Positions 58,074-64,000 of a stretch of DNA of 64,000 nucleotides are shown here, piece after piece. Position 1 is the first letter of the stretch, and the number at the start of each line of letters is the position of its first letter. A program made the position numbers and the translations under genes. The notes below the pieces were generated by a model. That model was given only the letters and a program-made list of their open reading frames with translations. It had not been told where the DNA came from and did not search any database. The stretch is from Pseudomonadota bacterium. GTDB lineage: Bacteria; Myxococcota; JACRCW01; JAFGSX01. The stretch is taken from the NCBI GenBank assembly GCA_043821645.1, contig JBDRCO010000081.1, positions 1 to 64,000 of the forward strand, written 5' to 3'.

Positions 58074-60930
58074 CTAGCGCGGCCGTGTCCCGCGGGGTCT
58101 CCTGCGATAGCCCAGCACCCCGAGCGCCAGCGCCAGGACCACGAGCGCGTCGGTCGAGCCCGCGCCCTGGGCGCAGGCGCAACCCTGGCTGAGCACGATC
58201 GTGTTCTTGGGCGCGCTGACCCCGGCCTGGACCTCGACCTGGAAGCGCCGGGTCACCTCGAGCGGTGGGCTGCCATCGTCGGTGAGGGTCAGGGTGATCT
58301 CGTAGCTGCCTGGCTGGTCAAAGGTGTAGGCCGCGCTGGCAGTATCGAAGGTCTCCGAGGTCACGATGTCCAGGGCGATGTCCCAGAAGTAGGTCAGGTT
58401 GTCGCCGTCGGGGTCGCCGCAGCCGGTGGCGTCCAGCGCCACGCGCAAGGGAGCCGGGCCGCTTTGCGGGCCCACCAGCGCAGCCGAGGCATCCGGCGGA
58501 TTGTTGTCGGTGACCGAGATGGTGAAGCTTCGGCTCTGCGGCCCCAGGGCCGGGGTGCCGTCGTCCTCCACCGTGAGCACGGCCTGGTACTGCCCATTGC
58601 CAGTGTAGACGTGGTCGAGCTGAAGCTGGCTCGAGGGCGCGCTGCTGTCGCCGAAGTCCCAGCTCAGGGTCAGGTTGTCGCTGTCCGGGTCGTACACTCC
58701 ACTGGCATCGAAGCGGACCGTCAAGGGCGAGGGGCCGTACAGGGGGGAGACCGAGGCGGAGTCCAGCACCGGGGCCTGGTTGGTGTCCGTGGTCGCGGTG
58801 ATGCGAGCCGTGCTGGTGCCACTGAGCGGGGGCGTGCCGTCATCGGTCACGGTCAGGGTCACGGTAAAACCACCGGCCGAGGAGTAGGTGTGGCTGGTGG
58901 TGGCGCCGCTGCCGTCGGCGCTGCTGTCGCCGAAGCTCCAGCTGTAGCTCAGGTTGTCACCGTCCGGGTCGGTGGACGAGCTGGCGTCGAGGCTCACCTG
59001 CAGGGGAGTCAGACCCGAGGTCGGGGTGGCGGTGAAGCTCGCGGTGGGCGCATGGTTCTGGCTGCCGGGATCGGTGACCGTGATCTGCTGCGTCGCCGTG
59101 TCGTCGAGACCGCCCTGATCCACCACCCGCACCTGGATGTTGTGGTTCCCTGCGGCCAGGGCCGTGAAGCTGCGGATGCCGTCGGCCTCTTCGGCCTCGG
59201 CGGCACCGTCCAGGCTGTAGAAGTAGGTCGCGATATCGCCGGCGCCGTTGGGATCGGTGGAGCCCGTGGCATCGCAGCTCACGTCGAGAGGCGCGTCGCC
59301 CGAGGTGGGCGTGCAGGTCAGGTCCGCCACCGGCGCGTGCGGCGTCACGGGGATCGCGCAGGATACCTCGGCGGAGTAGATGCTGGCGTTCTGTGCGGCA
59401 TCGACGGCGATGACCGCGACGTAGTAGGTCGCGCCCTCGTTCAGGCTGCTCAGGTTGAGGTAGATGCTCGAGGTGGACTGGGTGTGGTCGTAGTCGAAGC
59501 CCGCTTCACCCGGCCGGGTGGCCGAGCCGGGCCTGGCCGTGGTGCCCCAGTACACGCGATACTGGGTGACGGTCTCGTTGCCGCCGCCCACGTCCTGGGT
59601 CACCTGGCTCCAGTCGACGCGCGCAGCGCCACCGCTGCCTGGTGTACAGCTCACGCCAGTCGGCGCCCGGGGCGCCACGCTGTCGCTCGGCCCCTCGTAG
59701 AAGCTCACGGCGCCGACGTCGGCTGCCAGCGGCGCATAGCCGCGACGACTCCAGGCCACCAGGTCGAGCAGGTGGGCCGCGTAGAACGCCAGCCCGTTGC
59801 CGCCCTCATCGGGCTGGTCCCAGCGTGCGCGCGGCAGCAACTCGGCCTCGACCGCGGCGTCGTTGCCGTCGAGGATGGCCAGGGTGGTCGCGCAGGCCTC
59901 CTCGACCAGAGGATCGCCGTTGCTCAGCCCCCGCGGTGACGGCGGCGTGGTAGCTGGTGCGGTCCGCGGCGCTGCCGAACAGCAGCAGGGCTGCCTTGGC
60001 CACCAGCTGCTCGCTGGCCGAGCCGCTGCTGATGCGTCCTTCAAGAAAGCTGCGGGCCGTGGCGTCCTCACCCAGGTAGCCCAGCATCATCAGCGTGAAA
60101 AAGCGAAACGTGGTGTGGCTGTCGTCGACACCGCAGGCCAGACGCGTGCGAAATTCGGCGATCTGGGCCGGGCTCATCGAGCCCTTGCGCGCGGCCAGAA
60201 ATTCGGCGCCCCACAGGTGCTGGTAGTCGTACTTGTTGTCGCCGCGCGTGCAGCTCGCCGGGCAGGTGGTGGTGGTCGTGTCAGGGCAGCGGGTGGTGAT
60301 GGTGTCGCCCCCCGTGGCCCAGGAGCCACGACCCGCACAGTACCACTGCAGCAGATCGTTGAGGCCCGTGCTCGAGGTGCCGTAGTCCGCCTCCTGCGCC
60401 TGCCCCAGGTGGCGCGCCTGAAAGTGCGCTGCGCCCAGGCTGGGCGCCCTTTGCGGCGGAGCCAGGCCACCGCCCGCCAGCTTGACCATGACCGCCTGTC
60501 CGCTCTGGTAGGGATAGAGCCGGTCCTGGCTGCCCTCGCCAAAGCTCACGAAGAACTCGATGTCGGTGGCGGCCAGGGTACCGCTGCCACCCGAGCGCTC
60601 GACGGTCAGGGTGTGGCGCAGGCGCTCGCCGGGCATCAGGTAGTTGGCGACCTTGGGGGCCGAGCGCGAGATGTTGATGGTGAAGCCTGTGGCCTGGGCG
60701 CTGAGGTTGAAGTTGATCAGCGGATAGCCCATGTTGTTCTCGGCGCGCACCACCAAGGTGGTGGTGCCTGACGCCGGCACCTGCACCGAGTCGGCCTCGG
60801 GTCTGACCACGATGTTGTACGACGAGCCCCACAGATCATCGCACCAGTGCGCGGCGGCGCGCGGCGACCAGCACAGCGCACACAGCACGGCGAGTGCGGG
60901 CACTGCCTGGCGGAACAACAGGCGAACCAT
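58074..60930 (-). pseudogene. Secreted Ig-like/helical/FN3-like/4xPKD protein with MYXO-CTERM-like tail, split by a 1-base frameshift (real or sequencing error)
   Basis: ORFs 59806-60930 and 58074-60071 join as ..YHAAVTAG-LSNGDPLVEE.. if one C of the C5 run at 59928-59932 is removed; DASSSTDPDGDNLSYSWSFGD repeats; tail GCACAQG..LALALGVLGYRRR. Confidence 0.75.
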
Positions 60931-61003
60931 CTCGACCTCCCGTCGCGAACAAGTGTCGACAGTTTACCCTGTTCCAGGGGGCTTGCGAAGGCAGGGCGGG
61001 CTG

Positions 61004-62074
61004 ATGCGCAGAGCCGCCGGGATCGCGATGCAGGTCTTTGCGTGTGTGGCCTTTCACGCCGCGTGCGCGGATCCCGGCGCCATCGACGCCCTGCCCCCAG
61101 CCCTCGAGGCTGCGCGGCAGGGCGATCTGTCCACCCTCGACGCCCTGCGCACGCGGGGCGACGGCGTGCGCGCGCGCGATGGCGTCGAACGCTCGGCCCT
61201 GCACTGGGCTGCGTGGAGCGGTCAGACAGAGGTCCTGCGCTGGCTGCTGGCGCAGGGACTCGACGTCGAGGCGCGGGCGCGCCTGGACCAGCGCCCCCTG
61301 CACCTGGCCGCCCTGGCTGGTCAGCTCGAGGCCGCGCGGGCCCTGCTCGACGCCGGGGCCGAGGTCGACGCTCGCAACCTGTACCAGATGACGCCGCTGC
61401 ACCTGACCGCCAGCGTCGAGGTGGCGCGCCTGCTGCTGGATCGCGGCGCGGACCTGCACGCCCTCGACCAGCGGCGCATGACCCCGCTGCACTACACGGT
61501 GAAGAAGGACCTGGCCAAGCTGCTCATCGATCGCGGCGCCAGCGTCATCGCCGTGGACGAGGCCGATACCACGCCAGAGCAGATGACGGGCGTGGCGAGC
61601 TGCCAGCCGGGAGCGCTGCGCGTGTTTCCTCGACGTGACCGGGTGCGCCTGCGGGGCGACCAGGCCACGCTGCAGATCGTGGTGCTGAGCGTGGTGGCCG
61701 GCCCGCTTCGCGCGCTGCGTTTGGAGGCGCGTGCCGACGGCGTCGATGTCGACGTGCGTCCAGCGCAGATCGCTACCTTCGCGCCCACCCAGAGCACGCT
61801 GTTCGAGCTGCGCGTGCAGCGCCGCCCGGAGCTGCTGGTGGGTGAGATCCCGCTGCACCTGCGCTGGCTGGCCGAAGGCCGCGAGGTCGCCTCCTGCCTG
61901 CTCGAAGTGGACAGCCGGCCTGGCCCCACCCCCGAGGACCAGGGCCTGATCCGCGCCGGCACGCTTCCCATCCGCCAGCGCCCGGCCTGGCTGGCCTACG
62001 CCGTGCTCGGCCTGGCACCCCTGCTGCTGCTCGGCCTGTGGTGGGTCTTTGTGCGACGACGACGCCACAGCTGA
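61004..62074 (+). CDS. Ankyrin-repeat protein with Ig-like domain and C-terminal TM anchor
   Basis: SALHWAA, RPLHLAA, TPLHLT, TPLHY; C-terminal hydrophobic helix followed by RRRR. Confidence 0.85.
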   Translation: MRRAAGIAMQVFACVAFHAACADPGAIDALPPALEAARQGDLSTLDALRTRGDGVRARDGVERSALHWAAWSGQTEVLRWLLAQGLDVEARARLDQRPLHLAALAGQLEAARALLDAGAEVDARNLYQMTPLHLTASVEVARLLLDRGADLHALDQRRMTPLHYTVKKDLAKLLIDRGASVIAVDEADTTPEQMTGVASCQPGALRVFPRRDRVRLRGDQATLQIVVLSVVAGPLRALRLEARADGVDVDVRPAQIATFAPTQSTLFELRVQRRPELLVGEIPLHLRWLAEGREVASCLLEVDSRPGPTPEDQGLIRAGTLPIRQRPAWLAYAVLGLAPLLLLGLWWVFVRRRRHS

Positions 62075-62120
62075 ACGGCCAGCGATCGCGTTTATAGGCC
62101 GGACTCCGGTGCCAGGCCTT

Positions 62121-63575
62121 TTAGCCGAGACCCGCGCGCCGGACCCTGCCGCGCCTGGTGAGCCACAGGGCCAGGCCCGCCACGAAGCCCAGGCTCAGCG
62201 GCAGGGAGAGCCAGAAGTGGGTGTTGGCCAGGCCTGGTGCGCCCTTGAGATCGACCAAACTGTCGACCGGAAGACCATAAAACACGCCACTGTAGGATCC
62301 GACAAAGGCGACATCGTGGGTGCCAAGGCGCCCGAGCACGGGGGCGGAACCGGCGCTGTCGTCGAGGCTCAGCACATCCCACAGCGGCCGGCCGGTGTAG
62401 GCCAGAAAGCGCAGCACACCGTCGCGGGCGGTGACGCCGTGCAGGTGGTGATCCCAGGCAGCGGTCACCAGCAAGCCCCCCGAGGCGTCGTCGAGAAAGG
62501 CCGCGCTTTCGAACAGGCCGGCGCGGGCACCGTAGCGCCACACGCGGCGGCCGTCTCGAGCATCCACCGCGTGCAAGGTGCGATCGAGGGCACCGATGAC
62601 GACGAGGGGACGGCCCTCCACCAGCGCCACCAGGGGTGCGCCCGCCACCCGCTCGGCAATCTTGTACTGCCAGCGCTCGGCCCCGTCGTCGAGTCGCACC
62701 CTTCGCAGCAGGCCGTAGGCCGAGGCGTAGAACAGCGCTGGCTCGCCCTCGATCAGCGCAAAAGCCGCACTGCCGCGAATGGCATCGAGCTCGGTGTGCT
62801 GCCAGCGAATCTGGCCGCTCACCGCGTCGAGCAGCGAGAATTTTCCGTCGACACCGCCCACCGCCACCCGGCGCCCGTTGTTCGACGGGATGCACTGGGG
62901 CGCGCTCATGGCGCCGTCTCCCAGGGGTGTGCGCCAGCGCAGCGCGCCGCTGCGCGCGTCCAGGGCGAGCAGCCCGCTCTCCTGCTGACCCTGACCCAGG
63001 GAGCGGTCCCAGACCCAGTAGCTGACGACGAGAGTCGCCTCGCCGTCGGGCCCAGGACTGACACAGGGTGAGCCCAGGCGTGCGCCGCCAAAGGTGGGGC
63101 GCCAGGCCTCGACCGAGTGAATCCACTGGCGCTGGCCCAGGTTCGCGTCGAGGCCGTAGATCAGTCCATCGCTGCTGGCGACGTAGAGCCAGGTGCGCGC
63201 GCCGTCGCGCCACAGCACCGGCGTCGCGGTCACCCCACCGCCGGTGGTGAAGCGCCACTGCTCGACCCCGCTACGAGCGTCGAGCAGGTACAGGTTGTGA
63301 TCGTAGCTACCCACGGCGAGCACGGCGCGACCGTCGACCACACCCAGGGCCGGCGATGACCACACGGTCATGCCTGGCTGGTAGCCCCACACCCGGCCGC
63401 TGGCCTCGAAGGTCCAGGCCAGGGGTACACCGGCGGCCGCCACCTCGAGCACGGCCGCCCCTGGGTTGTCGACGCCACCGCGGCTGCTGAGCCAGTCACC
63501 CCGCGCGGGCTCCGTGCGCGCGATCGGGCTGGTGAACAGCAGCCACATCAGCATCGGCGCGCGTGCGCCACACAT
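62121..63575 (-). CDS. PQQ-like beta-propeller repeat protein with C-terminal TM anchor (start uncertain)
   Basis: Repeated SSP..GSYD..LDARSG..W blades; C-terminal TM plus basic tail. Confidence 0.85.
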   Translation of the reverse strand: MCGARAPMLMWLLFTSPIARTEPARGDWLSSRGGVDNPGAAVLEVAAAGVPLAWTFEASGRVWGYQPGMTVWSSPALGVVDGRAVLAVGSYDHNLYLLDARSGVEQWRFTTGGGVTATPVLWRDGARTWLYVASSDGLIYGLDANLGQRQWIHSVEAWRPTFGGARLGSPCVSPGPDGEATLVVSYWVWDRSLGQGQQESGLLALDARSGALRWRTPLGDGAMSAPQCIPSNNGRRVAVGGVDGKFSLLDAVSGQIRWQHTELDAIRGSAAFALIEGEPALFYASAYGLLRRVRLDDGAERWQYKIAERVAGAPLVALVEGRPLVVIGALDRTLHAVDARDGRRVWRYGARAGLFESAAFLDDASGGLLVTAAWDHHLHGVTARDGVLRFLAYTGRPLWDVLSLDDSAGSAPVLGRLGTHDVAFVGSYSGVFYGLPVDSLVDLKGAPGLANTHFWLSLPLSLGFVAGLALWLTRRGRVRRAGLG

Positions 63576-64000
63576 CCTGCACCTCGAGCGCACTGCGCGG
63601 GCAATGGTCCACGCAGGCGTAACACATCTGGCAGAGTTCCGTCGTCACCACGCCTTTTTCGATGGCGGCCACGTCGCACACGCGGTCGCAGGTGGCGCAG
63701 CCGTCGCAGGCTGCGACCTGGTGCACCACGCGCAGGCGCGAGAAGCGATGCAGCACACCGCTGAGGTAACCCCAGGGACAGAGATAGCGACAGAAGGAGC
63801 GGCTGACGAAGAGCGAGGCCACGGCGATGACCACCGTGCTGACCATGGACGCGGGGTCGCCGCGGGCGGTGAAGGCAAAGTGCACCGGCGAGGTGATGCT
63901 CAGGTGCGAGGCCGCGGTGACGAAGATGGCGAGCAGGCTGAGCAGGCGCAGGGCGCGGGTGGGTCTGTCCTCGATGACCCCGAGCAGCACCAGCAAGCAC
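63496..64000 (-). CDS. Membrane 4Fe-4S binding protein (NapH/MauN-like), 5' end outside the window
   Basis: RSFCRYLCPWG; CDGCATCDRVC; CQMCYACVDHCP. Confidence 0.85.
   Translation of the reverse strand, partial: CLLVLLGVIEDRPTRALRLLSLLAIFVTAASHLSITSPVHFAFTARGDPASMVSTVVIAVASLFVSRSFCRYLCPWGYLSGVLHRFSRLRVVHQVAACDGCATCDRVCDVAAIEKGVVTTELCQMCYACVDHCPRSALEVQDVWRTRADADVAAVHQPDRAHGARAG

Overview
High-GC bacterial DNA. Several markers point to a Myxococcota-like host: a FrzS/AglZ-like pseudo-receiver, a MYXO-CTERM-like sorting tail, an FHA-sigma54 activator and eukaryotic-like Ser/Thr kinases. Bases 1-25.7 kb carry a compact, core dissimilatory sulfate-reduction supercluster. Its minus-strand arm is dsrA-B-D-L-N-TPR-C-T-M-K-J-O-P plus a second, divergent dsrN that the ORF track missed. 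Its plus-strand arm is lysR-aprBA-(Zn ribbon)-(YkgJ)-qmoABC-sat. The dsrA and aprB promoters share the same architecture: a 15-bp T-N11-A box 23-24 nt upstream of a perfect TTGACA. This suggests the embedded LysR switches on both arms. An extended arsenic-resistance operon follows at 25.7-30.2 kb. The rest is myxobacterial signalling and cell-surface genes: a kinase/FHA-EBP/enhancer/sigma54-promoter module, a kinase-PhnD fusion, an ArsC-PAS-sigma54 fusion, dnaE2 with an in-frame repeat insertion, two copies of a covarying 91-bp structured repeat, a probable pseudo-amidohydrolase, and a frameshifted PKD surface protein. All calls were made by eye from motifs and gene order; no database searches were run.
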